IMG/VR virus record: IMGVR_UViG_3300027933_000001
Coordinates: 1 to 45,185 of that record
DNA length: 45,185 bases
Reading direction: 5' to 3' (one strand)
Shown: one piece after another, positions 1-10,065 of the stretch
Layout of the letters: each line of letters starts with the position of its first letter
Numbering within the stretch: position 1 is the stretch's first letter
The notes under the pieces: generated by a model
What the model saw: only the letters and a program-made list of their open reading frames with translations
Told to the model about the DNA's origin: nothing
Databases searched by the model: none
Program-made: the position numbers and the translations under genes

Positions 1-1104
1 ACCCTACGTTGGGCAGATATTTATTTCTACCAAAGAGATGGAAAAGGTCTAACCCAAACGGAATTGAGACAACTAGCTCTCGATCTGAGGAAACAAGATG
101 AGAGATACCAACAAATCTATTCGCAAGTTGTACAGCAAATTGCCGACCGTTATTATGAGGCTAGACAGCGTTTCTTTGAAGGTTTAGCACGTTTCCCAAA
201 GGAAAAGAAAGCACACAAATGGTACTCCCTCGTGTACCCGCAAAAAGGATGGAAAATACTAGAAACAAGGGAGATAAGGACTAGGAGCAAGAAGAACAAG
301 AAGAAGGTAATAACACTAAAACTGTCAAACTTAGGGATCTTCAACGTTATTGTCCATAGGGACTTCCCGCTAGACAAGGTCAAACGTGTAGTAGTAAAGC
401 TAACACCATCAGAGAGGGTATATATTTCGTTCATAGTTGAGAACTACGAGTTCCCAAAACTACCAGAGACTGGAAAAGTAGTGGCAATAGATGTTGGCGT
501 AGAGAAACTTCTCACTACAAGTGATGGTCATGTGTTCCCCAATTTGAGACCTTACGAGAAGGCACTCAATAAGATAAAGAAGCTTCACAAAGTTTTATCA
601 CAGAAGAAGTTCCTATCCCACAACTGGTTTAAGGCAAAGGTTAAGCTGGCAAGAGCTTATGAACACTTGAAGAACCTTAGGAAGGATATATACATGAAAC
701 TAGGGAAGTGGTTTGCTGAGCACTACGACGTTCTCGTAATGGAGGATATTCAAGTTAAACAGCTAGTGGAGAAGTCGGAAAGGAAGTTGAGGATGAGGCT
801 CCATGACGTTGCTATTCATGAGCTTAGGAGTATAATGGAGTATCAACTTAGGAAGTACGGTAAGGAGATTCATTTTGTTGATCCCGCGTTCACGTCTATG
901 ACTTGTGCTAGATGTGGTTACGTTAAGAAGGATCTAACACTGGCTGATCGTGTATTCATCTGTCCTTCTTGTGGTTGGGTCGCTGACCGTGACTATAACG
1001 CTTCTCTTAACATACTGAGGAGTGCGGGGTGGGAGCCACCCTTAGTGCCTGTGGAGCTCCGCCCTCTACCCGTAGTGAAAAGCTACGGGCAAGGTGGGGT
1101 ATGA
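1..1104 (+). CDS. tnpB: TnpB RNA-guided endonuclease (IS605 OrfB), 5' end outside window
   Basis: Frame open from base 1; RuvC motifs AIDVG, VMEDI, DRDYNAS; Zn finger CARC..CPSC. Confidence 0.93.
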   Translation, partial: TLRWADIYFYQRDGKGLTQTELRQLALDLRKQDERYQQIYSQVVQQIADRYYEARQRFFEGLARFPKEKKAHKWYSLVYPQKGWKILETREIRTRSKKNKKKVITLKLSNLGIFNVIVHRDFPLDKVKRVVVKLTPSERVYISFIVENYEFPKLPETGKVVAIDVGVEKLLTTSDGHVFPNLRPYEKALNKIKKLHKVLSQKKFLSHNWFKAKVKLARAYEHLKNLRKDIYMKLGKWFAEHYDVLVMEDIQVKQLVEKSERKLRMRLHDVAIHELRSIMEYQLRKYGKEIHFVDPAFTSMTCARCGYVKKDLTLADRVFICPSCGWVADRDYNASLNILRSAGWEPPLVPVELRPLPVVKSYGQGGV

Positions 1105-1141
1105 AGCAGGAAGCTCCGCCTTTTAAGGCGGGGTAGCTCAC
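1..1141 (+). mobile_element. IS200/IS605-family element carrying tnpB (left part outside window)
   Basis: tnpB ORF followed by a right-end hairpin GAAGCTCCGCCTTTTAAGGCGGGGTAGCTCAC (1110-1141) ending in TCAC. Confidence 0.85.
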
Positions 1142-1409
1142 AAAGAAAGATAACACGTTCGAATTAGGAGAAACGATAAATACAGCAGTTGATGGAAGGA
1201 AAGTGAAAGGTGTAGTTATAGGGAAATACAGCATAAAATCTGCTAAGTTTATTGTTAAATGGAGTGGATTCGATGACGTAGAGAAATGGATAAGTTCTGC
1301 GTTAAGAGAGAACCATAATAAACAAGGTCTAGTAATATACTTGATAAGGTTATCTGAAATCACAGCTGTGATAAAAAAGAAGAGAACAAAACTTGCATCA
1401 AAAGGTTAG
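1142..1409 (+). pseudogene. 3' fragment of a gene interrupted by the tnpB element; Tudor/chromo-barrel-like motif
   Basis: Frame of the 1203 ORF stays open back to the element end (KKDNTFELGETINTAVDGRKVKGVVIGKYSIKSAKFIVKWSGFDDVEKWI). Confidence 0.45.
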
Positions 1410-1753
1410 CAACAACCTTCTTCTTCTAACTCTTCTTCGTATTCTTTCTCCTCTCTCGCATCACCCATGGCAAATTTCTTCACTATCTCCAGGTCTGGCT
1501 TTATTTCATTAATCAATTCCATTTCAGCCTCAAAGCTCAATCTGCCACCAGCGTCTAGATCGTACTCCCTTGCAAATTCGTGTATCGTCTCTATTATTCT
1601 GTGTATAGCATCTCTTAATTCAGGGAAGTCATCAGTCCACGCTTCTTCTCCAGCCAGTCTGAGGTCTATGTCGGGATAATCTATTTTTCCCTCTAGAAAT
1701 AATCTAAGGTCTCTTAAAACATGTCTTGCATATTTTTCTGGATGGAGTGGCAT
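1406..1753 (-). CDS. Acidic hypothetical protein
   Basis: 115-aa ORF with plausible composition and Glu-rich tail. Confidence 0.7.
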   Translation of the reverse strand: MPLHPEKYARHVLRDLRLFLEGKIDYPDIDLRLAGEEAWTDDFPELRDAIHRIIETIHEFAREYDLDAGGRLSFEAEMELINEIKPDLEIVKKFAMGDAREEKEYEEELEEEGCC

Positions 1754-1832
1754 AATCAGTCATAACATGGAAAAAATAAAACCCTTTTGCTTCACTTAAC
1801 CGTTTGTCCATACTTAGCCCTCAACCACCTAC

Positions 1833-3368
1833 TTACTGTAATATTTCTATATTAGGTGTAGGTCTAGCTAGGACTGGCTGTGTGCCTAACACTGAAGGCT
1901 GTACTTGTGTTGCACTATCGTAAACTACGTTATTTACTTTACTAAGCTCTTGTATATATTGTTGTAATTCACTTAAGCAGTCATGTCCAGATAGTTGAGA
2001 GTATTGTTGTAACGCATTCAATATACAGTTAGCTTGTTTAGCATAATATCTAGCACTACGCTTATCCACGCCAAGTAAAGCCTGGTAAGCTTGCTGTGCA
2101 TACGCAGAAAACTGTTGTTTAAGTGTAGATATTTTTTGAGATAACGTAAGACCAGGAGTATTTTGAAGAACTTTTGCTAATGTTGCATACTGCGGATATT
2201 CATTTTCGAATGTAATATAATCGTTCTCTTGTAATAGTTGTAAAGGCGTTGTAGTAGTAGGACTAGTTGTTGTCGTAGAACTCTGTGTTGAACTTAACGT
2301 ACTAGTATTACTAGACGATGTCGTCGTTTTTGTCGTAGAACTCTGTGTAGTACTTAAAAGGGAAATGACCTCTTTCATATCACAACAATATGTTCCTGCA
2401 TACATTTGTGCATATTTGCAATTGTAAGATGGTAACCTTAGGCTTTGTAAGCTACTTGCAGTTAGCGTTCTATTATTCAGTTCCTCACATATTATTGTTA
2501 AATTTTTATAAATTTGGCTCCACGCATCTACAACTTCTAAACTAACTCCAGCCTGGTTTTGGAAGTTTATCGCGTTCTGTAAGCAGTCATATATTTCTTG
2601 AAGTAAAATCCTGAGGTTTGCAGTTGATATACTAGACCCAGATATGTATCCCTTAACCAAGGAATAGACTTCATCAATTGCTTCATAAATATAGTTTGAT
2701 ATATTTCCTACTTTATTAAATAATTCGTTTATTAGAGAACTTGTAGAACTAGAAGAGGAACTAGTAGGACTAGACTGTGTTGGCTGTGCAGTACTAGACA
2801 ATGGCGTTGTTGTTGTCGTAGAACTCTGTGTTGAACTTAACGTACTAGTATTACTAGACGATGTCGTCGTTTTTGTGGTTGGTGGTGTAGAACTCTGTGT
2901 AGCACTAGACGATGTTGTAGAACTAGTTGACGACGTCGTAGAACTCTGAGACGATGTTGTAGAACTAGTTCTTGCTATTTCATTTAGTACAACTTGGGGT
3001 GGTGAATTGCTAGTCTGAATTTGTGGATAACCGTCAGATTCTTGAGTAATATAAATAGTAAAAAATGGAACTGATGATGGTACATGCACAGTACTTATAG
3101 CTTTTCTCCCCTGAGCCTCAACCATGATACCTATATAATAAGAAAAATGTGGAAACTTAGTACGTGGATAAACCGCCTTGTATTCTAGAGAAGTCGGTAT
3201 AAAATTAGTGTTGAGTAGCTTGACAATTTGGTGTTCTGACAGTTTTAATTGAAATGCTTGCGGTGTAGTTATCCCAGATTCTTTTGTCCCTTCGTATTCT
3301 TTTGCATATTCCGCTACATCTACCGTTACCGTCCCTGGGTATAGATTTAATAGGTATACTTCAGTCAT
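1833..3368 (-). CDS. Ser/Thr-rich linker-containing protein
   Basis: 511-aa ORF with two long S/T tracts separating helical domains. Confidence 0.85.
   Translation of the reverse strand: MTEVYLLNLYPGTVTVDVAEYAKEYEGTKESGITTPQAFQLKLSEHQIVKLLNTNFIPTSLEYKAVYPRTKFPHFSYYIGIMVEAQGRKAISTVHVPSSVPFFTIYITQESDGYPQIQTSNSPPQVVLNEIARTSSTTSSQSSTTSSTSSTTSSSATQSSTPPTTKTTTSSSNTSTLSSTQSSTTTTTPLSSTAQPTQSSPTSSSSSSTSSLINELFNKVGNISNYIYEAIDEVYSLVKGYISGSSISTANLRILLQEIYDCLQNAINFQNQAGVSLEVVDAWSQIYKNLTIICEELNNRTLTASSLQSLRLPSYNCKYAQMYAGTYCCDMKEVISLLSTTQSSTTKTTTSSSNTSTLSSTQSSTTTTSPTTTTPLQLLQENDYITFENEYPQYATLAKVLQNTPGLTLSQKISTLKQQFSAYAQQAYQALLGVDKRSARYYAKQANCILNALQQYSQLSGHDCLSELQQYIQELSKVNNVVYDSATQVQPSVLGTQPVLARPTPNIEILQ
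2266..2876. repeat. ~68-bp direct repeat (2266-2333 and 2809-2876) within the S/T-rich gene
   Basis: Both copies encode TKTTTSSSNTSTLSSTQSSTTT. Confidence 0.85.
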
Positions 3369-3572
3369 TCGTTTCTACCCTATACTTTCATCTTTTTAAG
3401 TGTTTAAAAATACATATTTTCCTTCTATGCAGGGTTGGACTTTCATTGAGGTTTCATGAATTCACATTCGATCTCACAGCTGTGGTACACTAAAGGGAGT
3501 TGCTTTACGCCCCCTTAACTTGGTAACATAAGATTTATTAACGTTATTCTCTCAATTTATGCTTGAGAGAAA

Positions 3573-4068
3573 ATGCTGACTTCCTCCCCGCCCTGGAAGG
3601 ACGAGGGTTCCCTCCCAGAGGGCTCATAGTTCCCACCATTGATTCGGGTTTACATCTCTCATTTGGTGGGCAGTCGGGGTAGTCAGACAGCCCCCCACTT
3701 GAATAGGGAGCTTTCATCGCCTAGCTCTAGTCCCTTAAAGGAAGGGAGAGATGATGGTTGCCCCTCCCACAGTCCCATTGAGCCCTCAATCGAGCTGGAG
3801 AGGAGCGTCGTTAGCGTTACTAAAAGAGAAAAAGAGATATTTAAACTTTTTACCACGCCCCTGGAAGGGGCGAGGCTTTCAGTTCATTGTAAGTATAAAG
3901 TTCAAGTATAAGGGAGAAGAGAAGGAAGTAGATATTTCAAAGATAAAGAAGGTTTGGAAAGTAGGGAATATGGTATCGTTCACCTACGACGACAACGGTA
4001 AGACTGGTAGAGGAGCATTAAGCCTAAAAGAAGCCCCGCAAGAGTTGTTGCAGAAACTCAATCATTAG
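3573..4068 (+). pseudogene. sul7d: Sul7d (Sso7d/Sac7d-family) chromatin protein gene split by an inserted element
   Basis: ATG 3573-3575 joined to 3889-4068 gives [60 protein letters not shown], closely resembling Sac7d; TATA-like TTTATTAA near 3534. Confidence 0.92.
3576..3888 (-). mobile_element. 313-bp non-autonomous IS200/IS605 derivative
   Basis: Right end near-identical to that of element 6197-7689 (reverse complement); left-end hairpin at ~3852-3877; flanking TTAC on minus strand; no target duplication. Confidence 0.85.
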
Positions 4069-4071
4069 AAT

Positions 4072-4593
4072 TCAACCTAACTTTTTCTTTATTTTCCTTC
4101 TTAATTCTCTTTCTAGTTTCTTGTTTTTGCTATATATATAATATGTATTATCTTTAGTTTTCCTTACAAGTACAACCTCTTTCAAATGTATCCTTATGTT
4201 TTTATCTCCAGGCTTTCCTGTAACCTCTATTTTTTCATTATCTCTTTTTATTTCAATTGAAGAAACTCTTTCAAATATCAATGAGTGAGCGAAATAGAAT
4301 ATATCTCCTCTTGTTTTTACTCTCAATAGGAGAATTCCACATGGAAAAATTAAATACCTATAGTGTTCTATTCCTTTAGAATCTTTTAATTTCAATATAA
4401 CACCTTTAGAAGTTTTTTCAAATTTTATCCCATTCTCATCATCTATCTTCAAAAAAAATTCATCATCATTTATTCTCTGAATAGTAAATGAATGTCGTGA
4501 TATTAAATCAACTATGTCTTTTTTAACCGTAATAATTTTCCCGTTCACCATACGTAAAAATTTTCTCAATATTTTTTTCTTGTAAATATACAT
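4072..4593 (-). CDS. Hypothetical basic protein (start may be 4551)
   Basis: 173-aa ORF. Confidence 0.65.
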   Translation of the reverse strand: MYIYKKKILRKFLRMVNGKIITVKKDIVDLISRHSFTIQRINDDEFFLKIDDENGIKFEKTSKGVILKLKDSKGIEHYRYLIFPCGILLLRVKTRGDIFYFAHSLIFERVSSIEIKRDNEKIEVTGKPGDKNIRIHLKEVVLVRKTKDNTYYIYSKNKKLERELRRKIKKKLG

Positions 4594-4845
4594 GGTGAAA
4601 ACTACCCTAATTAATTAGCTAGCTAAATAAATATATAAAAAATGATAGACGTGAGGAGGCAGAAAAATTAGAAAATGGGAAAAAGGAAGGCTTAGCATAT
4701 CTACTTATTAACTCCTAAGTCGCCTTTTACTAGAGTGAGGAGGTTATGTCACTCGTAAGTAAAGAAAAACAAAACGCACTTAAAAAGAAGAAGAAGCTAA
4801 CTGAGCTTAATGACGAAGATGCAAATGACGAGGAGGTAATTACAA

Positions 4846-5106
4846 ATGAGTAATATTTGCGAGTTACTCAAGACTGAATATGAGCAGAACATGCAGAGGT
4901 ATAATATTCCAGACAAATGGAAAGCAGTGGCATATAACGTGTTAGTAAAGCTAGGGTATTATGATGAAGAAGGAAATAAAATAAAAGACGATGCCGAGTT
5001 TATAAACAGAGTTTTCAAAGTTGCTGAAAAATTGGATTCACTACATGTCAGTAAGATAAACAAAATGATGAAGATATGCGGGGAGACAGTTGGAGAAAGT
5101 AATTAG
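4846..5106 (+). CDS. Hypothetical protein
   Basis: 86-aa ORF with GGAGG RBS; first of a tightly packed run. Confidence 0.75.
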   Translation: MSNICELLKTEYEQNMQRYNIPDKWKAVAYNVLVKLGYYDEEGNKIKDDAEFINRVFKVAEKLDSLHVSKINKMMKICGETVGESN

Positions 5107-5431
5107 AGAGAGCGAAGTTAAGAAACTCAAGAAGAGTGAAGATATCAGGAATAATGATGAATTACTTAAGTATATTAAGTCTCTAGAAGATGAGAATGAG
5201 AAACTAAAGAAGCAAATCGATGAACTACAGCAAAAACTGAAAGAGCTGGAACTAAATATTAATCAATTAATTTATAGTTTTTGTGACGCACTCAATAAGT
5301 TAAAAAAACCAGCATTTTACCTGGAAAAGCCAGTAAATACTAAATTATACCAGATAGTCACGATAAACTATACAGATTATTATGTTGTATCCTTACAATT
5401 ATGTGAGGAGCTGAAATGGGTCAAACAATAA
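5090..5431 (+). CDS. Coiled-coil protein
   Basis: Heptad-like LEDENEKLKKQIDELQQKLKELE. Confidence 0.7.
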   Translation: MEKVIRESEVKKLKKSEDIRNNDELLKYIKSLEDENEKLKKQIDELQQKLKELELNINQLIYSFCDALNKLKKPAFYLEKPVNTKLYQIVTINYTDYYVVSLQLCEELKWVKQ

Positions 5432-5784
5432 TCATAGTTGCTTCACAAGCACAATTAGTCTATTTTTATATTTTCTCATTTTTGGTTATTGCATTTCTTG
5501 GCGTAATTATTTGGCTGTATTTCCGCGGATTCTTCAGAAAAATAGGCATCTTATCTTTACTGATGTTCTCATCCTACATAATTATGTACGAAAGCGGGTT
5601 TGCGTTCACTACACCTACCGATTATAACGTGACGTTAACGAACCCGTACAATACTACTACCGTTGTAGACCAACCATTAGACTTCTATTATACTGTATTC
5701 TACCTATCTTTCGCTATAGCTATAGTATCTACTTTACTCCTAGTTTATGAAATAATACAATACATTGCAAGGAGGTTCTTCTAA
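5416..5784 (+). CDS. Small membrane protein
   Basis: Three hydrophobic segments; N-x-T sequons in loop. Confidence 0.75.
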   Translation: MGQTIIIVASQAQLVYFYIFSFLVIAFLGVIIWLYFRGFFRKIGILSLLMFSSYIIMYESGFAFTTPTDYNVTLTNPYNTTTVVDQPLDFYYTVFYLSFAIAIVSTLLLVYEIIQYIARRFF

Positions 5785-6195
5785 ATGGATAAGCTAGATA
5801 TAATAAAGCAGGTTTCCTTTTACCTCGACTCCCTTAATTATGGAATTTCATCAAAACTTTTTTCTGAAGACCTTATATTAACAGAATTGAAGAAAGCTAC
5901 AGTAAGCTATTTCTCACATAGTATTCTGAGTATTGTTGGAAGTATAGATTTGTCAAACGCAAAAATGCCCTCTCATGTTATATCAGCAATAATTAACTTT
6001 ATCAGAAGTAGAGCATACGATCTTGCAAAACTAGACCAAAGAATAATAGATAATAATTATCAAACTCTCTTCATCTACACAACAATAAGGAGCATAATAA
6101 TGATAATGGCTGAAAGGCTAGGCATAACAGATGAAATAAACTCATTGTTTAACAGTTTAGAAGAAGGAGAGAACATTAGAAATAAAATAGGCTGA
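5785..6195 (+). CDS. Hypothetical protein
   Basis: 136-aa ORF abutting upstream stop. Confidence 0.75.
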   Translation: MDKLDIIKQVSFYLDSLNYGISSKLFSEDLILTELKKATVSYFSHSILSIVGSIDLSNAKMPSHVISAIINFIRSRAYDLAKLDQRIIDNNYQTLFIYTTIRSIIMIMAERLGITDEINSLFNSLEEGENIRNKIG

Positions 6196-6196
6196 C

Positions 6197-7689
6197 AAAA
6201 TGAAAGGCAAACCTCGCCCCTTCTAGGGGCGGGGTAAAAAATTTTAAGCGAAACATCTATTTCTCTTTAAGATGTCCTCCTCTGGTCAACTCTCAAGATA
6301 TGAGGAGCGGGAGCCGATTTCTCCCGCAATACCAGAGGAAGGCGTCTACGAAGTCGAGTATAAGAATAAGAGGACAAATGTTGTTAGACTTCTCCCAAAC
6401 GGTTTTCAGGAAAGGAAGTTAAGGAAGTTTGCAGACACGTCTGCCAGGTTGTTCAACGAGGTCAACTACGAGAGAAGACAGCAGTTCTTCCAACAACATC
6501 AAGTTGACTTCAAATCGACATGGGGCAAATACTACGAGAAGTACAAGGGTATACTAGGTGTTAATGCACAAGCAGTTCTTCAGAAGAACAACGAGGCATG
6601 GTCGTCATTCTTTTCACTCCTCAATCTGAAGAAAAAAGGAAAATTGCCACCGCATATGAACCACGTTTCACCACCTCGTTATTGGAAGAAGGAGAAGAAG
6701 AGGAAGTTACTCCTAGTTATCAGACAAGATAGATATGTTGTAGATGAGAAGAACCACAAGCTCATCCTCAAGGACTTCAACCTCGAAATAGAATTTGTTG
6801 GTGGGTTGAGGTGGTATGGCAAACAAGGTAGGTTGGAGATATATTATGACGACGTTGAGAACGCGTGGTACGCTTCAATACCAGTTGAAGTAGGCGTAGA
6901 AGAAACAAAGACTGGAAAGAAGAGTAAGTACATTGTGAGAGGAGAGAGAAAGTCAATCCAGGTTGAAGCCCCGAAGGGAAACAAGGTCGCATCCATCGAC
7001 TTGGGCATAAACATCCTAGCAAGCGTTGTAGTGGACGACGGTACTTGGTTACTCTATAAAGGTGTTAGAGCTAAGGAAGACTACTTCTATCTTCAAAAGA
7101 AGATAGCCGAGGTTCAGTCTCTCGCAGACAAGGCAAGAAATCTAGGAGAGTATGAAGCTCAGGAAGAACTAAACAGAGAGAAGAGGAGACTCTTTAAGAA
7201 ACTAACCAAGCGTCTACTTCACCTGTACAGAACCTTGGCATCTCATATGGTTAAAACACTTCACGATCAAGGAGTTTCGACCATTTATCTAGGCTACCCC
7301 TTCAATATCGCACAGGACAGGGGAAATAAATTCACCGTGAATTTGTGGTCTTACCATAAGTTGATGAACGCCATTAAGTTGAAGGCTCAAGAATACGGTA
7401 TGAAAGTGTACGAAGTTGTTGAGTACAACACATCAAAGTACTGTGCATACCATAACGTTGAAGTCAGTAGGAGACCGAGAGGAGTAGTCACTTGTCCTTT
7501 AGGGCACAAACTCCATTCAGATCTTAACGGTGCATTGAATATCTTGAAGAAAGCTGTTGGCATCACAATTTCAACAGTGAAGAAACCGTTATCTTTCCTA
7601 GTACTTCATAACGGAGTAGCACCCGTAAAGGGGTGTAACACCTAAGACCTCGGTGAACCCTCGTCCTTCCAGGGCGGGGAGGAGGTCAG
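6197..7689 (+). mobile_element. IS200/IS605-family solo-tnpB element (IS1341-like organisation)
   Basis: Left hairpin CTCGCCCCTTCTAGGGGCGGGG after TGAC; right hairpin GAACCCTCGTCCTTCCAGGGCGGGGAGGAGGTCAG; no tnpA. Confidence 0.88.
6272..7645 (+). CDS. tnpB: TnpB endonuclease
   Basis: SIDLG, VVEYNTSKYC, CAYH..CPLGH, HSDLNGALNI motifs. Confidence 0.92.
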   Translation: MSSSGQLSRYEEREPISPAIPEEGVYEVEYKNKRTNVVRLLPNGFQERKLRKFADTSARLFNEVNYERRQQFFQQHQVDFKSTWGKYYEKYKGILGVNAQAVLQKNNEAWSSFFSLLNLKKKGKLPPHMNHVSPPRYWKKEKKRKLLLVIRQDRYVVDEKNHKLILKDFNLEIEFVGGLRWYGKQGRLEIYYDDVENAWYASIPVEVGVEETKTGKKSKYIVRGERKSIQVEAPKGNKVASIDLGINILASVVVDDGTWLLYKGVRAKEDYFYLQKKIAEVQSLADKARNLGEYEAQEELNREKRRLFKKLTKRLLHLYRTLASHMVKTLHDQGVSTIYLGYPFNIAQDRGNKFTVNLWSYHKLMNAIKLKAQEYGMKVYEVVEYNTSKYCAYHNVEVSRRPRGVVTCPLGHKLHSDLNGALNILKKAVGITISTVKKPLSFLVLHNGVAPVKGCNT

Positions 7690-7765
7690 GGCGAGCCAAC
7701 GTTCACTATAAAAGCGAGGCTAGTAGGTGGAAAGTTAGAAGTCGTTAGCGTGAGTTAGCTCCGAC

Positions 7766-7810
7766 AAAACGAACGACAAGTCTAGTCCTTCAGAGCGGTG
7801 AAGAAGTCAT
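7766..7810 (+). mobile_element. Degenerate ~45-bp fused left/right-end IS605 remnant
   Basis: Aligns with 20014-20058 and with both ends of 6197-7689. Confidence 0.55.
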
Positions 7811-7814
7811 CTCT

Positions 7815-8137
7815 GTGAACTACCCCGCCCTAACGGACGGGGCATCCCCATCTCGCGATGAGGATTTCCTGCTTCTCAGAGCGACCTCGATCCCCCTTCA
7901 CCCACAGCGGAGGTTCCATCGAACGGAACCGTTCTGTAATGCCCCGTGTGGAAGAGGGGTTACGGAGGGTCACTCTCCACAGGCGTAAGTTCCCCCAGTC
8001 CCGAGGGTACGACCTCAGCTCTTACAGCCAGAGGTCTGTGTACATCTATTTTTTGATAACTATAAAAGGTTTCTGTAAGGGGGCTATCCATCCCCCATCT
8101 TACGGAGGGGGACTTCCGCCCCCTTAACCCCCAAAAG
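7815..8137 (-). mobile_element. ~323-bp SMN1-like non-autonomous IS605 element, copy 1
   Basis: Near-identical to 9744-10065 and 35458-35780; terminal hairpins; ends GTAGTTCAC; follows TTAA on element strand. Confidence 0.88.
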
Positions 8138-8163
8138 TTAAAAACACATAAGTACACTATTAA

Positions 8164-9195
8164 ATGATGCTATACATCGTTAGCAATTCAAAACTAAAGT
8201 CAGGTATCGGGCGTTATGCAAGCAGATTGCATTCTTACTTCCCAAATAGTAAATTGGTTCTTTTTAGAATGAAACCGTGGGAGGAGCCTGACGGTTTCGA
8301 TGAAGTTGTGCAATATAAATATTTTAACAAACTAGGAATAATTTACGATCTAATTACAAAGAGTGGTAAGTTCAGTAAATTTGCGTCTAAAAAACTGCTT
8401 CACTTAGTTTCGCCAGATTTCTTCCATGTTGCAAACGGTAGTATAGGAACAGTTCACGATCTGTTCCCACTATCTGAAAACACAGCTGTGAGTTCATATT
8501 ACCCGTTCTATTACAGGCTTTATTTCAAGTACGAAATAACACAAATCAAAAACCTGGAAGTTGTTATCGTCCCTAGCTTCTATACAGCAAGACAGCTGAA
8601 GAGATACGCAGACGAGAACGGCATCGAATTACCTAAGGTTATAGTAATCCACCATAGCGTTCCGAGGAGTTTTGTAAACGAAAGAGACGGAAACGTTATG
8701 AGGATCCGTGAAGAACTAGGTTTGCCTAAAGATAAGAAGATTGTAATTAACGTTGCACATGATGAACCAAGAAAGGGACTGAGTATAATAGATAGGATAC
8801 GTGAAGAATTACATAAGCTCGGCTTTATAATTATAACAGTTAATAACAAACGTGGTGATAAGTACTTCCTCGGCATAGATGATGAACTCCTCATTAAATT
8901 ATATATTGCTAGCGATGTATATTTCGCTCCTTCTATCGATGAAGGATTCAACATACCTATTATTGAAGCATTAGCAAATTCGTTACCAGTTGTTGCAAGA
9001 GATATACCCGCACATAGAGAGATATATTCATTCAACAATGGCGGAATTTTATTAGTAAGAGAGGAAGACTTCGTCCCAGCTATAATAAAAGCAAGCTATA
9101 TGAAGGCTAAACTTAATGAGTACTTTCTAGAAGATAGAGAAAGAGAAGAATACAAAAAAATTTATTCTAGGTTTCTGACTCCCTTCTCGCCCTAA
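8164..9195 (+). CDS. GT-B (family 4-like) glycosyltransferase
   Basis: TVHDL and PSIDEGFNIPIIEALANSLPVVARDIP (E-x7-E) motifs. Confidence 0.92.
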   Translation: MMLYIVSNSKLKSGIGRYASRLHSYFPNSKLVLFRMKPWEEPDGFDEVVQYKYFNKLGIIYDLITKSGKFSKFASKKLLHLVSPDFFHVANGSIGTVHDLFPLSENTAVSSYYPFYYRLYFKYEITQIKNLEVVIVPSFYTARQLKRYADENGIELPKVIVIHHSVPRSFVNERDGNVMRIREELGLPKDKKIVINVAHDEPRKGLSIIDRIREELHKLGFIIITVNNKRGDKYFLGIDDELLIKLYIASDVYFAPSIDEGFNIPIIEALANSLPVVARDIPAHREIYSFNNGGILLVREEDFVPAIIKASYMKAKLNEYFLEDREREEYKKIYSRFLTPFSP

Positions 9196-9219
9196 AGTGC
9201 GAGGTTGTCTTTAGTTTTA

Positions 9220-9648
9220 TCACATCTGCAACATAGCCTGTTTCTTCTTTCTCTTAGTTGTTGTTGGTTGTTGTGGTTGTTCGAATGCGAAATAAACGTA
9301 TGGTAACTCTATTTGTTCGTTCTCTAATTTTTCCTTATAGCTCTGTAGTTTATTATAGAGATCTGGTGAGATTTTAACCCACTTGTGTGACTTCTTGAGT
9401 GGCTCTAACTGTTTCTGTATTTCTGTAACTTCGTTTATGAGCTTCTTATAGGCTTCCTTAACCTTCTCATCTTTAGCATTTTTAGCTTGGAAGGAGAAGT
9501 AAGCCTTTAACCCTGCTAACGCCCTAGTAAGTTGTGTTAAGTCTATTAGCAAGTTGTTTTGATCAGCCTGTTTTAATACGTCTCGTAGTAACGATACTAT
9601 CCTTTTATTCCACGCCTTAACCTTTTCTGATGCCTTGAGAGTAGCCAT
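9220..9648 (-). CDS. Basic helical hypothetical protein
   Basis: 142-aa ORF with GGGGAG RBS. Confidence 0.8.
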   Translation of the reverse strand: MATLKASEKVKAWNKRIVSLLRDVLKQADQNNLLIDLTQLTRALAGLKAYFSFQAKNAKDEKVKEAYKKLINEVTEIQKQLEPLKKSHKWVKISPDLYNKLQSYKEKLENEQIELPYVYFAFEQPQQPTTTKRKKKQAMLQM

Positions 9649-9743
9649 ATTTTCTCCCCTTTCTCTCTTACTAAGAGATTAAATAGATTATGCTTTTAGC
9701 TTACCTCCCCCCAGCTGTCATGTTTTTAAGTCAAGCACATCTA

Positions 9744-10065
9744 GTGAACTACCCCGCCCTAACGGACGGGGCATCCCCATCTCGCGATGAGGATTTCCTG
9801 CTTCTCAGAGCGACCTCGATCCCCCTTCACCCACAGCGGAGGTTCCATCGAACGGAACCGTTCTGTAATGCCCCGTGTGGAAGAGGGGTTACGGAGGGTC
9901 ACTCTCCACAGGCGTAAGTTCCCCCAGTCCCGAGGGTACGACCTCAGCTCTTACAGCCAGAGGTCTGTGTACATCTATTTTTATAACTATAAAAAGGTTT
10001 CTGTAAGGGGGCTATCCATCCCCCATCTTACGGAGGGGGACTTCCGCCCCCTTAACCCCCAAAAG
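9744..10065 (-). mobile_element. SMN1-like element, copy 2 (inserted in last codons of the 526-aa gene)
   Basis: Identical to copy 1 except small indels near 9978-9997. Confidence 0.88.
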
